A stretch of DNA of 64,000 bases from Patescibacteria group bacterium (GCA_041649715.1 JBAZMP010000001.1:82741-146740); one strand, 5' to 3'; shown: positions 16,420-27,032, counted from the stretch's first letter. Translations and numbers: made by a program. The notes: generated from the letters alone by a model not told the origin.

Positions 16420-16478
16420 AAAGTTCATTTTCGAAGACCACTTTCCGCCCAAGGCGGACCCGCCTCTGGCGGGGGCTA
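16420..16478 (-). pseudogene. tRNA-Cys-like fragment: ttcgaa, then GC hairpins, then a 12-nt copy of the tRNA-Cys 5' end (ggctacgtgacc)
   Basis: ggctacgtgacc at 16467-16478 duplicates 16373-16384. The preceding ccgcccaaggcgg and cccgcctctggcggg hairpins replace the tRNA body. Confidence 0.45.
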
Positions 16479-16531
16479 CGTGACCGAAACGGTATTTAAT
16501 ATTCTAGCAAATTCCTTAGAATTTACAAGGC

Positions 16532-17029
16532 TCAAAGAGTGATTTCCCGAAATTCATTTTTCATATTTTTGAGATCAAAAACGGCGAAGGAGGGGTATTG
16601 GAACATGCCGCCGGCCGTGCCGGGATTTAGCAGATATGTGTTTTTTATTTTTTCAAAAGTTTTTAAATGAGTATGGCCATAGCAGACCAGATCAAAACGG
16701 CCGGCGGACACGAATTTTTTCGCCTGGTCGGGAAAGTGGGTCAGCGCGATCTTTTTGCCGTCAAGGATAAATTCTCCGGCTTGACCGTAGTGTGTGACCT
16801 TGCTTTTGTTTTCCTCGGCCACTATTTTTTCCCGTTCGCGGTCGGCGACGTTTCCGTAGACGAGATTAATGTGGCCGTCAAAATCTTCGGCCATTTTCGC
16901 AAGCATTATCGGCGAAGCCAAATCACCGCAGTAGATCAAATTTGCTATCTTTTCTTTTTTAATGATTTTACTGATGATTTGCCAATCAGCATAATTATCG
17001 TGCAGATCGGATAAAATGGCGATTTTCAT
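16532..17029 (-). CDS. YfcE-like metallophosphoesterase (MJ0936 family)
   Basis: DLHDN...GDLASP...GNVAD...GHTH phosphoesterase motifs. Confidence 0.7.
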   Translation of the reverse strand: MKIAILSDLHDNYADWQIISKIIKKEKIANLIYCGDLASPIMLAKMAEDFDGHINLVYGNVADREREKIVAEENKSKVTHYGQAGEFILDGKKIALTHFPDQAKKFVSAGRFDLVCYGHTHLKTFEKIKNTYLLNPGTAGGMFQYPSFAVFDLKNMKNEFREITL

Positions 17030-17033
17030 AGAT

Positions 17034-17660
17034 TTAGATATAGCCCTTTATTTTGAATAATATTATGGCGCCGTATTCGCGGATCATTTGTTTGAAATAA
17101 ATTATTTTATCCCAAGGTCCCTGGCGGAAAAGCAGGGATTTATTAACGGGCTGGCAGTAAATTTCAGCCGTAAGTTTTTCAAAAATTGCGCAAGCCCTTT
17201 TCGTATGATACGGCGAGGTGACAACCAGGGCATTTTTGTCGCCCCGATTAGCCATGATTGCCAGCGAATTGACGGCATTTTCGTAAGTATTTTTTGAAGC
17301 GGATTCTTTGAGGATCTTGAGCGGGTCGGCACCGATAGAGAGGGCGTAGCCGGTCATTATATCGCTTTCCGTCCAGAGGCGGTTTTTGGCCTGGCCGCCG
17401 GCCAGAAGCAAATAAGGGGCGTATTCTTCTTGCGACAAGACGACACCCATTTTCACTCTTTCCTGGGTTTGTTTGTTCAGTGTTCCGTCTTTTTTAATCC
17501 CGCCGCCCAGAACGATAATGACATCGCTTTTTTGGCGGCCATCTTTTTTAACAAGCGGCTGCGCTAGTAAGTCATTGAACGGCGTGATCTCGATGGCGAG
17601 GAATAAAATTATCAAGAAACTGCCGAAAAAATAAAGGAATTTTTGCCATTTATTGCCCAT
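17034..17660 (-). CDS. DUF218 / YdcF (ElyC/SanA-like) family protein
   Basis: VIIVLGGGI...LLLAGG...VTSPYHTKRA motif pattern. Confidence 0.6.
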   Translation of the reverse strand: MGNKWQKFLYFFGSFLIILFLAIEITPFNDLLAQPLVKKDGRQKSDVIIVLGGGIKKDGTLNKQTQERVKMGVVLSQEEYAPYLLLAGGQAKNRLWTESDIMTGYALSIGADPLKILKESASKNTYENAVNSLAIMANRGDKNALVVTSPYHTKRACAIFEKLTAEIYCQPVNKSLLFRQGPWDKIIYFKQMIREYGAIILFKIKGYI

Positions 17661-17661
17661 A

Positions 17662-18942
17662 TTAGGCGGCCAGATTTTTTAGAAAATCCATCACCTTTTT
17701 TGAGGCCAAAACATTGGCCAGATACATTTTGTATTCGGCCGATTCCAGCTGTTTGATAATTTCCGGCTGGTTTTTGTAGGTTTCCTTGGTTTTTTTTATC
17801 TCGCTTTCAATTTCTTTCGGTTCGACTTCTATTTTTTCCTCTTTGGCGATATGCCGGATGATGAGAGCGGTCTTGATCCTTTTTTCCGCGGTGGGCTTCA
17901 GCTCATTTTTGAGGTCCTCAACGCTTTTTTTCAAGGCTTTCAGATAGTCCTCAAACTTCATCCCCTGATGCGTTACATCGTGTTCCAGCTCGCTGATCAT
18001 TTTAGAAAGTTCGGAATCAAGCAGGAGCTCGGGTATTTCCCCGAATTTTGATTTGCTCATAATGTCGTCCAGGATCTCTATCTCGAATCTTTGTTCTTCG
18101 CGCTCGTCCTTCCCCTTTTTGATGTTGTCAGAAAATTGTTTTTGCAGGCCGGCGAAATTTTCGAACTTACCGGCCATTTTGGCCAAATTATCATCAAGGG
18201 GAGGCAGCTCAATTTTATAAACGGCCAGCATTTTCACCTTAAATTCGGCCAAGCGGTTGGCCAGGTCTTTTTTGTGGTAGTCTTTGGGAAAACGCACTTT
18301 AAATTCTTTTACCTGTTCTTTGGCCATCCCCACCAGATTTTCTTCAAAACCCGGGATAAAACTTCCCTCCCCGATGATCAGGGGGTGTTTTTTGGAGGAA
18401 CCGCCTTCCAGGGGGACTTTGTCCAGGTAAACGTCAAAATCAATCTCGACTTTGTCGCCTCTGACGGCTTGTCTTTCTACGCTTATTTCTTTGCCGTACA
18501 TTCTCTGCAGATCTTTCAGCGCTTTGTCTATTTCTTTTTGCTCTACCGAAATTTGTTTCTTTCTGGCTCTAGTTTTTTTATAATCGCCCAGCTCGATCTT
18601 CGGCAATAAGCTGACCAGCGCTTTATAGACGACCGGATTGCCGGGGGCGAGTTTTTCCAAAGTGATTTTCGGCTGGCCGACGGCTTCCAAGCCTTGTTCA
18701 ATAACCGCCCGCGGATAAGTTTTTCGGATGATGTCTTCCGCCGCTTCTTGGTAAATAGCGGCTTCGCCCACCCTCTCTTTGACCATATCGTACGGCGCTT
18801 TACCCGGCCTAAACCCGGGAAAATTCATCTCTTTGGACATATTTGCCGCGGTGTTGAGCAAAAAAGGCTGCAGCTCAAAAACCGAAACCTCAATGGTCAG
18901 TTCCGCCAGGCTTTTGGGGAGTTTTTTCACTTCCACTTTCAT
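17662..18942 (-). CDS. tig: trigger factor
   Basis: N-terminal ribosome-binding MKVEVKKL...ELTIEV, central PPIase-like domain, C-terminal arm. 426 aa. Confidence 0.8.
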   Translation of the reverse strand: MKVEVKKLPKSLAELTIEVSVFELQPFLLNTAANMSKEMNFPGFRPGKAPYDMVKERVGEAAIYQEAAEDIIRKTYPRAVIEQGLEAVGQPKITLEKLAPGNPVVYKALVSLLPKIELGDYKKTRARKKQISVEQKEIDKALKDLQRMYGKEISVERQAVRGDKVEIDFDVYLDKVPLEGGSSKKHPLIIGEGSFIPGFEENLVGMAKEQVKEFKVRFPKDYHKKDLANRLAEFKVKMLAVYKIELPPLDDNLAKMAGKFENFAGLQKQFSDNIKKGKDEREEQRFEIEILDDIMSKSKFGEIPELLLDSELSKMISELEHDVTHQGMKFEDYLKALKKSVEDLKNELKPTAEKRIKTALIIRHIAKEEKIEVEPKEIESEIKKTKETYKNQPEIIKQLESAEYKMYLANVLASKKVMDFLKNLAA

Positions 18943-19098
18943 AATGTTATTAACGGATAATTAATAAATAATGCGGTTATTTTACCCTATTTTTTCATCT
19001 TTCGCAAACCCGTTTGACAGAAAAAAAAATTACTGATAAGATGGGCTATCATCTGAATTGTTCTTTTTCACATTATTCCTCAGGGGGGCGGACAACCA

Positions 19099-19283
19099 TG
19101 ACTTGCGAAATCATCGGTTTTGAGGAATTGAAGAAAAGATATAATTTGAGTCCAAGGCAGGAAGATTTTTTTGGGCGGTTAGCCAGACGCGGCTATTATT
19201 TCATGACGGCGCCAGACGGGAGGTTTTGGTCAGTATTAATAGACAAGGGTGAATCGTCGGGGGTTCAGGAAAAAACGGCCTGA
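19099..19283 (+). CDS. hypothetical small protein; the ORF track starts at 19014 but ATG 19099 has a purine-rich SD-like sequence upstream
   Basis: ORF. No motif recognised. Confidence 0.3.
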
Positions 19284-19295
19284 AAAAAAGGAGGA

Positions 19296-19523
19296 GTGGA
19301 CATGAGTATAAGCGTCAAGATGGCAACGGAGGCGTTGGGCGGACCCGCCGCGAGAAGCAAAAAAGTCAAGGCATATTTGACGGCCCTGAAAAGAGGTGGT
19401 CTGGAATTGCGTCTCGCGGATCATCCCTATTCTCTTGATATTCATTTCAAGAAGGAACGTTTGGGAAATATGCACATCGATCCCGACGGCAAGCTTTGCT
19501 TTGAGAGCCATTTAGTAGTTTAG
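19296..19523 (+). CDS. hypothetical small protein, 75 aa
   Basis: Strong SD aaaggagg at 19280-19290. Followed by the intrinsic terminator at 19540-19571. Confidence 0.45.
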   Translation: MDMSISVKMATEALGGPAARSKKVKAYLTALKRGGLELRLADHPYSLDIHFKKERLGNMHIDPDGKLCFESHLVV

Positions 19524-19539
19524 GCAAAAAAATCGCCAA

Positions 19540-19571
19540 GGGAAGCGTTTACGCGCTTCCCTGTTTTTTTA
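19540..19571 (+). terminator. intrinsic terminator
   Basis: gggaagcg ttta cgcgcttccc followed by tgttttttt. Confidence 0.65.
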
Positions 19572-19701
19572 ATGCGAATGGGGCGGATTCAGGATCCGTC
19601 CTTCTCGTAATAAAACTAAAACTTTATCTGAAAGCTGATGTGGTTTTAGATTAAAGAGCGAGCCTGGGGGCTCGCTCTTCTCAATATATAATACGGATAA
19701 G

Positions 19702-21165
19702 TTAATCTTTCGGCCGGATGTCGATAATCCTTTTTTCCTTAAGTTCGGTGTCCATGCCGACGCGGTGTAGTATTTTGGCGACCGGCTCTTTCTCTATGAT
19801 CGGGGTCACGCCGACTTCATAGTTAAATTGGGACTTAAGTTTTTTCTCAAAGACCGGCCAATCGGTCTCTTTTTTCGGCGCGACATACAATACCATTTCA
19901 TCCACTTCAAAGGGGTCATTGTCTTTTTTCCGGATTTCTACCTGCCACTCATCAATTTCTCTCAGTCCGGAAAGAAGGGGATAAATATTATTAAGATTAA
20001 TCAGTTCGCCTTTCACTTTGGTCAAGTGAAACTCTTTCATATCAGAGGAACGTTGGATGTCAGGGAAGATCTGCGGTACCGTCAAACCGCAATGCGGGCA
20101 GGGATCATAGTTAATACCCTTGATCATGTCGCCGGTGCGGTAACGGACCACCATTGAGCCGCGCCAGCCAAGCAGGGTGATAGCCAATTCTCCGGACTCA
20201 CCTTCTTTGACCCGATTGCCCTCCTTATCCACGATTTCAAGAAATTCCAAGTCAGGATAAGTGTGGTAACCGGTGGTTTCTGAGCATTGGATCCAGGCGC
20301 TTTTGCTTTCGGTCATGGCGTAGGTGGCGTAAATTTGCGGCATTTTCGCCCCCATCTGTTCCAATATCTCCCGGGTTTTGTCCCGCAGGCCCTGGCCGAT
20401 CCTTTCTCCGCCGGTGATGATGTATTTAACATGAGATAAATTTCTTTTTTGTTCGGCTGCTTGCCTCAGCATATGATAGCCGTAGCCCGGGATATAGACG
20501 ACCAAAGAAGCTTTCATTTTTTCAATGGCGTCGATGATCTTCTGGGTACCCATCACTTTGCCGCCGCCAGTGTGCAGGCAGGTCATGCCGAGTTTGGTTA
20601 AAGCATAGTAAGCCAGCCAGAAAGCCAAGTGGGGTGAAAAGGGGAAAGCGTTGATCGCCACCTCGTCTCGCGAGACTTTTATAACACTTAACATTCTTTC
20701 CCCGGTTTCTTTCATCACTTCCAGGTCGCGGGCGGAATAGCCGAAGGGCGTCGGGGCGGCCGAGCGGCCGGTGGTAAAGTGGAGATGGATTGGTTTATAC
20801 TGCCACTCCAGTTCTCTTTTGAAATCCTGGCCTTTTATTTTTTTGGTCATGATTTTTAGAAGTTCCATCTTGCTCGCATATTTTTTTATCAGATGCTCGT
20901 CGGGTTGCAGGATAAAGGTTTTTGGCCGGCCGGGGTTATCGGCCGTGGGGGCAAGGTCCGCTTTGGAGGAAAGGGGGATTTTCCGCAGGTCATCCGTGGA
21001 TTTAATATCGGAAAACTTCAGATTGTTTTTGGCAAAAAGATCCCGGTAATAGGGCGAAAAGGGAAGTTGGTGCTGGATAAAATAAGCGGTTTTTTTGTCT
21101 TGCATTTTTTTGATCTCACCTTTTGGCAGGCGGGAGATTTTTTTCCAGCTTTCGTAAAGTTTCAT
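19702..21165 (-). CDS. phenylacetate-CoA ligase (PaaK) / F390-synthetase-like adenylate-forming enzyme
   Basis: Adenylation-superfamily fold features; family-level similarity to PaaK-like enzymes (TTGRSAAP P-loop-like, YRTGDM motif). Confidence 0.55.
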   Translation of the reverse strand: MKLYESWKKISRLPKGEIKKMQDKKTAYFIQHQLPFSPYYRDLFAKNNLKFSDIKSTDDLRKIPLSSKADLAPTADNPGRPKTFILQPDEHLIKKYASKMELLKIMTKKIKGQDFKRELEWQYKPIHLHFTTGRSAAPTPFGYSARDLEVMKETGERMLSVIKVSRDEVAINAFPFSPHLAFWLAYYALTKLGMTCLHTGGGKVMGTQKIIDAIEKMKASLVVYIPGYGYHMLRQAAEQKRNLSHVKYIITGGERIGQGLRDKTREILEQMGAKMPQIYATYAMTESKSAWIQCSETTGYHTYPDLEFLEIVDKEGNRVKEGESGELAITLLGWRGSMVVRYRTGDMIKGINYDPCPHCGLTVPQIFPDIQRSSDMKEFHLTKVKGELINLNNIYPLLSGLREIDEWQVEIRKKDNDPFEVDEMVLYVAPKKETDWPVFEKKLKSQFNYEVGVTPIIEKEPVAKILHRVGMDTELKEKRIIDIRPKD

Positions 21166-21188
21166 AAGATTTTATTATTAATGATTTT

Positions 21189-21800
21189 TTAATAAGGATA
21201 GGTTTTGCCGCAAAGAGGGACGATCTGCCGCATGATTTGGCCTGTTAATTCTGACAGCAATTCTCTTGATATTTCCCGGCTGTAATACCTTTCAAAGGCT
21301 AGGGGTTTTCCGATATTTATTATGACCCTATGGCCGCCTGAAAGCAAATCGAAGACCGCTTGACAGTAGTTCTTGTGAATCTTGCTGATAATGCCTATCG
21401 GGATGACGGGCACTTGGGCGGCCAGGGCCATGCGCACAGTTCCAGTTTTGCCTTCCTGAAGGTTGTTTTCGTGGTTGCGTTGACCCTCAATAAAGTTGCA
21501 GATTATTTTTCCGCTTTTTAAATAATCAATAGCCTGTTTTAGGCTTTTTGTCTTATCGTTGGGGTCGATCGGCAGGGTGGCGGCTGACCACCAGTAATTA
21601 TTGGTCTTGGAAAGAAAATAGACGTCTTGTTTTTTTGTCTTCTCAAAGGCGAGAGAAACAAAAAAACCGTCCAGATAATCAACATGGTTGATGGCGATCA
21701 AATAAGGCCTTTTTAACGGCAGATTTTCCAGCCCGTTGATCTCTTTGTATTTATTTCTGAAAAAGGGAAGCAGGATTTTTTTGGCGGCGGAATATCGCAT
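21189..21800 (-). CDS. 1-acyl-sn-glycerol-3-phosphate acyltransferase (PlsC) family, paralogue 1
   Basis: NHxxxxD motif (INHVDYLD) and FIEGQRN. Confidence 0.65.
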   Translation of the reverse strand: MRYSAAKKILLPFFRNKYKEINGLENLPLKRPYLIAINHVDYLDGFFVSLAFEKTKKQDVYFLSKTNNYWWSAATLPIDPNDKTKSLKQAIDYLKSGKIICNFIEGQRNHENNLQEGKTGTVRMALAAQVPVIPIGIISKIHKNYCQAVFDLLSGGHRVIINIGKPLAFERYYSREISRELLSELTGQIMRQIVPLCGKTYPY

Positions 21801-21802
21801 AT

Positions 21803-22438
21803 TTAGAAGGGATAATTTTTTTGGCAGAGCTGGCCGATTGAAAGCATGATTTCCCGGGTGATGTTTTCCAGCGTTTCTTTTGTGATTTCTGAAGGGTAAT
21901 ATTTTTCAAGATTTAAGGGCCGGCCGATAATTATTCTTGCCTTATTTTTGGGAAAAAGGGCGTTTTTTAAGGCCTCAAAAACTCCTTTACCGGGGGGGCT
22001 TACTATGCCGAGGGGAATCACGGGCACTTTGGCCATTAGGGCTAATCTTGCCGCTCCTGTTTTTCCTTTTAAGAGGTTCTTTCGGTCGTAGTTTCTTGTG
22101 CCTTCTGGGAAAATACAGACGATCTCGCCCCTTTTTAAATATTCTAAAGCGGTATCCAAACATTTTGCCTTATCTTTCAAGTCAATATAGATCATGCCCA
22201 GATAATTGGTCCCGAATTTCCCGAATTTCCAACTCAGTTCTTGTTTGGCCAGGGAATAAATAATCCTTTTGATGTAAGGAACAATTCCCGCCCATAAGAA
22301 AATCGGGTCAAGATAGCTTTGATGATTGGGAGTAAGGATATAATTGCCTTTGGGAGGCAGATTTTCCAGCCCTTCGATTGGTTCGAGGTTGCGTTTTAAA
22401 ACCGCCAGGGCTAATTTAATGAACCAGGGGTATTTCAT
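21803..22438 (-). CDS. PlsC-family acyltransferase, paralogue 2; start trimmed from 22474 to the Met at 22438 to avoid overlap
   Basis: PNHQSYLD and FPEGTRN. Confidence 0.65.
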   Translation of the reverse strand: MKYPWFIKLALAVLKRNLEPIEGLENLPPKGNYILTPNHQSYLDPIFLWAGIVPYIKRIIYSLAKQELSWKFGKFGTNYLGMIYIDLKDKAKCLDTALEYLKRGEIVCIFPEGTRNYDRKNLLKGKTGAARLALMAKVPVIPLGIVSPPGKGVFEALKNALFPKNKARIIIGRPLNLEKYYPSEITKETLENITREIMLSIGQLCQKNYPF

Positions 22439-23058
22439 AGGGAAACATCCTCCGGCGGCATTTTTTTGCCGCAAAGCTGGGAAATTTCGGCCATGATTAG
22501 CCGGGATACTTTATGCAAAAGGTATTCGTCTTCCCTTTGCCCGTAAAATTCCGGAAAAGTCATCGGCCGGCCGACTTTAATCGTCGGTCTGGCGGGAGTC
22601 AAAAAAAAGCGCAAAATTCCTGGAATAAAAGTTCTTCCTTTTGTTCCTTTGATGCCTATCGGAATGACGGGCCGCCCGGATCGCAAGGCGAGTCGGGCGA
22701 CGCCGGTTTTCGGTTCGCGTAAAGTTCTTTCCGAATTGGAATTCCCTTCTGGAAAAATCGCGACTATTTTGCCTTTTTTTATTAAATCTACGAATATATC
22801 GACCGTTTTCGCCTTATTTTTAGGATCAATAGGAATGGCCCCCATCCATTTGAATTTTTTCGTGGCCGCCACGGCGTATATTTTTTTGTTAATTACTTTC
22901 GTTAAGGCCGCCCAAATGAAAGGCGAGTCAATCCAGGCGTTATGATTCGCGGCGATGATAAAATTACTCTGTTGCGGGATATTTTCCAGACCCTCGATCC
23001 CCTTTATTTTCAAGCGGAGCAAAGGGATAACATTGAACTTAAAAAAAGTATAAGCCAA
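22435..23058 (-). CDS. PlsC-family acyltransferase, paralogue 3
   Basis: ANHNAWID and FPEGNSN. Confidence 0.65.
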   Translation of the reverse strand: MAYTFFKFNVIPLLRLKIKGIEGLENIPQQSNFIIAANHNAWIDSPFIWAALTKVINKKIYAVAATKKFKWMGAIPIDPKNKAKTVDIFVDLIKKGKIVAIFPEGNSNSERTLREPKTGVARLALRSGRPVIPIGIKGTKGRTFIPGILRFFLTPARPTIKVGRPMTFPEFYGQREDEYLLHKVSRLIMAEISQLCGKKMPPEDVSL

Positions 23059-23081
23059 TATTTTATGATTAAGATATTAGT

Positions 23082-25055
23082 TTACATGAAGATAGGCGCC
23101 AGCACCAAGGATACCATGGCCATTAATTTTATAAGGATATTCATAGCCGGGCCGGATGTGTCCTTAAAAGGATCGCCCAGGGTGTCGCCGACAATCGCCG
23201 CTTTGTGCGCTTCCGAGCCCTTGCCGCCGAAATTGCCTTTTTCAATGTATTTTTTCGCGTTGTCCCAGGCGCCGCCGCCATTGCCCATCATCAAGGCTAA
23301 GAAAACGCCGACCAGAGTCGCGCCGGCAAGCAAGCCCCCCAAGGCTTCCTTGCCTAAAATCAAGCCGACCGCAATCGGGGCAACAATCGCGAGCAAACCC
23401 GGAATGATCATTTCTTTCAGGGCTCCCTGGACAGCGATAGAAATACATTTATTGGGGTCTGACTTGGCTTTGCCCTCCATCAGGCCGACAATTTCTTTGA
23501 ATTGCCGCCTGATTTCATTGACCATTTTGTAAGCCGTGCGGCCGACCGCCGTCATGGTGAGGGAGGCGATTAAAAAGGGAATGATGCCGCCGATAAAAAG
23601 GCCGGTCACGACGGAGGCTTTGGTCAGGTCAATGCTGGTCAGCTTTACAGCCGTGGTGTAGGCGGCAAATAAAGCCAAAGCGGTTAAAGCGGCCGAGCCG
23701 ATGGCAAAACCCTTGCCAATGGCGGCGGTGGTATTGCCGAGCGAATCTAGCCGGTCGGTAATTTCCCGGGTTTTTTCGCCCAGGCCGGACATTTCGGTGA
23801 TGCCGCCGGCGTTGTCAGCGATCGGACCGTAGGCGTCCACCGACATGGTCACTCCGATGGTGGCCAGCATCCCGACGGCCGAGATAGCGATGCCGTAAAG
23901 GCCGGCCAGCTGGTAAGAAAAGTAGACGGCCACCGCGATAATCAAGACCGGTAAAGCAGTGCTTTCCATGGCGACCGCCAGGCCGGTGATGACATTGGTG
24001 GCGGCGCCGGTTTCCGAAGCCTTGGCGATTTTTATGATCGGTTTTGAGGAAGTGTAATACTCGGTCAGCAGGCCGATTAGGATGCCCGTTAAAGTGCCAA
24101 GCGATACGGTCCAGAAAATTTTTGTGGGCAAGCCTAGTCTTTGGACAATAAAATAAGTGGCGATTAAAAGCAGGAGCGCCGCGACATAGGTCACATATCT
24201 TAATATTGTTTGGGGGTTTAATTTGGAGAATATCTTTACGGAAAATACGCCGATAACAGAAGCCAGTAAGCCGGCGATGACGATCCAGAGAGGGAGAGCC
24301 ATCCGAGCTAGTTTTTCACTGGCAAAAGCGATGCTGGTGGCGGCCAGAGCGACGGTGGCGATTACCGAGCCGACATACGATTCAAAAAGGTCAGCGCCTA
24401 AACCCGCCACGTCACCGACATTGTCGCCGACGTTGTCAGCGATCACGCCGGGATTGCGGGGATCATCTTCGGGGATGCCCGCTTCCAGTTTGCCGACCAG
24501 GTCCGCCCCGACATCAGCTGACTTGGTATAGATACCGCCGCCGACCCGGGCAAAAAGAGCGATCGAGGAAGCGCCCATAGCGAAGCCGGAAAGGACGGCC
24601 GGATCTATCTCATGAAAAAAATAGTAGTAAATACCCATACCGATTAAACCCAAAGAGGCGACAGACAAGCCCATAATGGCGCCGCCTAAGAAAGAAATAT
24701 TCAGAGCCTTTGATTGCCCCGCGGTATGAGCGGCGTTGGCCGTCCGGACATTCGCCTGGGTGGCGCCGGACATGCCAAAAAAACCGGCGAGCATGGAGCA
24801 GAGGCCACCGGAAACATAGGCTATTCCCGACCAAATCCCGATTTTCCAGGAAAGCAGGCCAAAAATCACGACCACAAAAATGGCGATTATCGTGTATTCT
24901 TTCTTCAAAAATACCATGGCACCGTGATGAATTTTATCGGAAATTTCTTTCATCAAATCTGTTCCGGCCGGATTTTTTTTGACACTAAAATAAAGAGCAA
25001 GGGTAATCAAAAGGCCAAAAAAGCCGAAGATAAGGGAGTAAATGCCGACATTCAT
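23082..25055 (-). CDS. hppA: membrane-bound H+- or Na+-translocating pyrophosphatase
   Basis: [18 protein letters not shown] and many transmembrane helices. 657 aa. Confidence 0.85.
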   Translation of the reverse strand: MNVGIYSLIFGFFGLLITLALYFSVKKNPAGTDLMKEISDKIHHGAMVFLKKEYTIIAIFVVVIFGLLSWKIGIWSGIAYVSGGLCSMLAGFFGMSGATQANVRTANAAHTAGQSKALNISFLGGAIMGLSVASLGLIGMGIYYYFFHEIDPAVLSGFAMGASSIALFARVGGGIYTKSADVGADLVGKLEAGIPEDDPRNPGVIADNVGDNVGDVAGLGADLFESYVGSVIATVALAATSIAFASEKLARMALPLWIVIAGLLASVIGVFSVKIFSKLNPQTILRYVTYVAALLLLIATYFIVQRLGLPTKIFWTVSLGTLTGILIGLLTEYYTSSKPIIKIAKASETGAATNVITGLAVAMESTALPVLIIAVAVYFSYQLAGLYGIAISAVGMLATIGVTMSVDAYGPIADNAGGITEMSGLGEKTREITDRLDSLGNTTAAIGKGFAIGSAALTALALFAAYTTAVKLTSIDLTKASVVTGLFIGGIIPFLIASLTMTAVGRTAYKMVNEIRRQFKEIVGLMEGKAKSDPNKCISIAVQGALKEMIIPGLLAIVAPIAVGLILGKEALGGLLAGATLVGVFLALMMGNGGGAWDNAKKYIEKGNFGGKGSEAHKAAIVGDTLGDPFKDTSGPAMNILIKLMAMVSLVLAPIFM

Positions 25056-25134
25056 AATTTTTGTTTTTTAGTTGATTAATTATTATCGGGGTTTCGCCCG
25101 CATTGTTTATTGGGAGATTTATCTCGCTTAATTT

Positions 25135-26508
25135 TTACTTTTGTTCTTCTTTTTTGGCCTCTTTGGTTTTTGGTTCTTCGGATTCAACCTCTTTTGTTGC
25201 TGATTTTTGCTCGGTTTTCTTTTTTTTCTCTTTTTTAGGCTTGGTTTCTTCTTTCTCTTTCTCTTTTTCCTCTTTTTTACTTTCTACCGCTTTCTTTTCT
25301 TTTTCCGTCTTTTCCTCTTTTCCCCCTTTTTCATCTTCTTTTTTCTCGACTTCTACCTTTTCTTCGGTTTTAACTTCAATCTTTTCACCTTTTTTTTCAC
25401 TGGAGACGATATCTATCTTCCAGCCGGTTAATTTGGCGGCTAATCTCACATTTTGCCCGCCCTTGCCGATCGCCAGGGACAGTTGATCTTCTTTCACTTC
25501 CGCCGTAGCGGTTTTTTCTTCCTTGTTAAGCTTGATGCTTATGATTTTGGCGGGCGACAAGGCATTGGTGATGAATTCGACGGGATCTTCGGAGTATTGG
25601 ATGATGTCGATTTTTTCTCCGCCGATTTCCGAGATGATCGTTTGAACCCGTGAGCCGCGTTGGCCGACGCAGGAGCCGACCGGATCAATATTTTTTTGGT
25701 TGGATTTTACGGCAATCTTTGTCCGGGAGCCGGCTTCCCTGGCCACTGACTTTATTTCAACCGTGCCGGCGCTGATTTCAGGCACTTCCAGCGTAAAGAG
25801 CCTCTTGACCATATCGGGGTGGGCGCGTGAGACGATAATCTCCGGACCTTTTGTGGTTTGGTTGACGGAGACGACAAAGACTTTTAGGCGTTCTCCTGGT
25901 CGGTATCTTTCGCTCATGATCTGCTCGTTAGGCGTCATGAGACCAGTGGTCTGGCCTAAGTCAACGAGAACAAATCTTCTTTCCTGTCTTTGGACAATGC
26001 CGCTGATGATTTCGCCTTCTTTGCCCTTGAAGTCTTTGAACAGATTCTCTCTTTCCGCTTCGCGCAGGCGCTGAATGATTACTTGTTTGGCTGTTTGCGC
26101 TGCCATGCGGCCGTAAGCGGTCGGCGGAAAAAGTTCGGTAATTATTTCATCGCCTAATTTGGCGTCTTTTTTGATTTTTTTCGCTTCCGTCAGAGTCAGA
26201 TTTTTTCTGACGTCAAATTTTTCAAATTCTTCTTCTTCGGGTTTTACTTCTTCGCCTTTTTCTTTTCTTTCCTTTATTTTCATGGTCTGGTCGTAGATTT
26301 CGTCGGTGACCACCGTTTTCACGTCAAAAACCCGTGAAGTGGAATCTTCCAAGTTGAATTCGACCTTAATGTTCTGGTTTTTTTCGCCGAAATCCTTGCG
26401 GTAGGCCACGGCCAGGGCCGCTTCAATGGTTTCGATCACGGATTCGAAAGAGATATTCTTTTCCTCGCAGATTTGCTTAATTGCCTGGTTTATTTCATTT
26501 TGAGCCAT
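25135..26508 (-). CDS. nusA: transcription termination/antitermination factor NusA with a Lys/Glu-rich C-terminal tail
   Basis: N-terminal domain, S1 and two KH domains recognisable. The low-complexity EK tail causes spurious antisense ORFs. Confidence 0.8.
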   Translation of the reverse strand: MAQNEINQAIKQICEEKNISFESVIETIEAALAVAYRKDFGEKNQNIKVEFNLEDSTSRVFDVKTVVTDEIYDQTMKIKERKEKGEEVKPEEEEFEKFDVRKNLTLTEAKKIKKDAKLGDEIITELFPPTAYGRMAAQTAKQVIIQRLREAERENLFKDFKGKEGEIISGIVQRQERRFVLVDLGQTTGLMTPNEQIMSERYRPGERLKVFVVSVNQTTKGPEIIVSRAHPDMVKRLFTLEVPEISAGTVEIKSVAREAGSRTKIAVKSNQKNIDPVGSCVGQRGSRVQTIISEIGGEKIDIIQYSEDPVEFITNALSPAKIISIKLNKEEKTATAEVKEDQLSLAIGKGGQNVRLAAKLTGWKIDIVSSEKKGEKIEVKTEEKVEVEKKEDEKGGKEEKTEKEKKAVESKKEEKEKEKEETKPKKEKKKKTEQKSATKEVESEEPKTKEAKKEEQK

Positions 26509-26672
26509 ATTATATGATATGTTTATTGATTAGTCTTTTTTCAAAAAAATAGACTAGTTTAAATACTAGTCTTATGTTGACATTATATAACAAGGGTCAA
26601 AATATGGCAAATAAGTCTTTAGGGGGATAGATTTTTTCAAAAATACGCGCCATATTTTGCCATTTACCGGGG

Positions 26673-27032
26673 TTACAAAATTTTTAAGTGCCGGATGATT
26701 ATTTTTTTAACCGGACGGCAAAAAGTGAGGGAAATAATTTCAAACCGCCAGGCGGCTTTTTCTATTTGGTTTTTTTCCAGGTATTTTTCGATGACCGCGG
26801 CATATTTTTGCCTTTTCTTGAAGTCAACCGCTTGTTCCGGCGGGCCGAAAAGCCATGAGGTGCGGGTTTTTACCTCGACAAAAACCAGCTCGTCTCTGAA
26901 TTCAGCGATAAGGTCGATTTCCCCTTCGCGGACGCGAAAATTTTTCTGTCTGATCCGGTAGCCTTTGTGCAACAGATATTTTTCGGCGATTTTTTCTCCG
27001 ATAAAACCCAGTTTTTGGCGATAATTTTTCAT
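26673..27032 (-). CDS. YraN-family (UPF0102) endonuclease
   Basis: GEKIAEKYLLHKGYRIRQKNFR...GEIDLIA...VFVEVKTR. Confidence 0.7.
   Translation of the reverse strand: MKNYRQKLGFIGEKIAEKYLLHKGYRIRQKNFRVREGEIDLIAEFRDELVFVEVKTRTSWLFGPPEQAVDFKKRQKYAAVIEKYLEKNQIEKAAWRFEIISLTFCRPVKKIIIRHLKIL

Noticed and set aside
18091-18609. 172-aa plus-strand ORF rich in Phe, Gln and Val
   Set aside because: It is antisense to trigger factor, which has a confident full-length match. It is an antisense-frame artefact.
25103-25486. Ser/Phe-rich ORFs (25103-25486, 25207-25431) antisense to nusA
   Set aside because: Generated by the Lys/Glu-rich codon repeats of the NusA tail. Low complexity.
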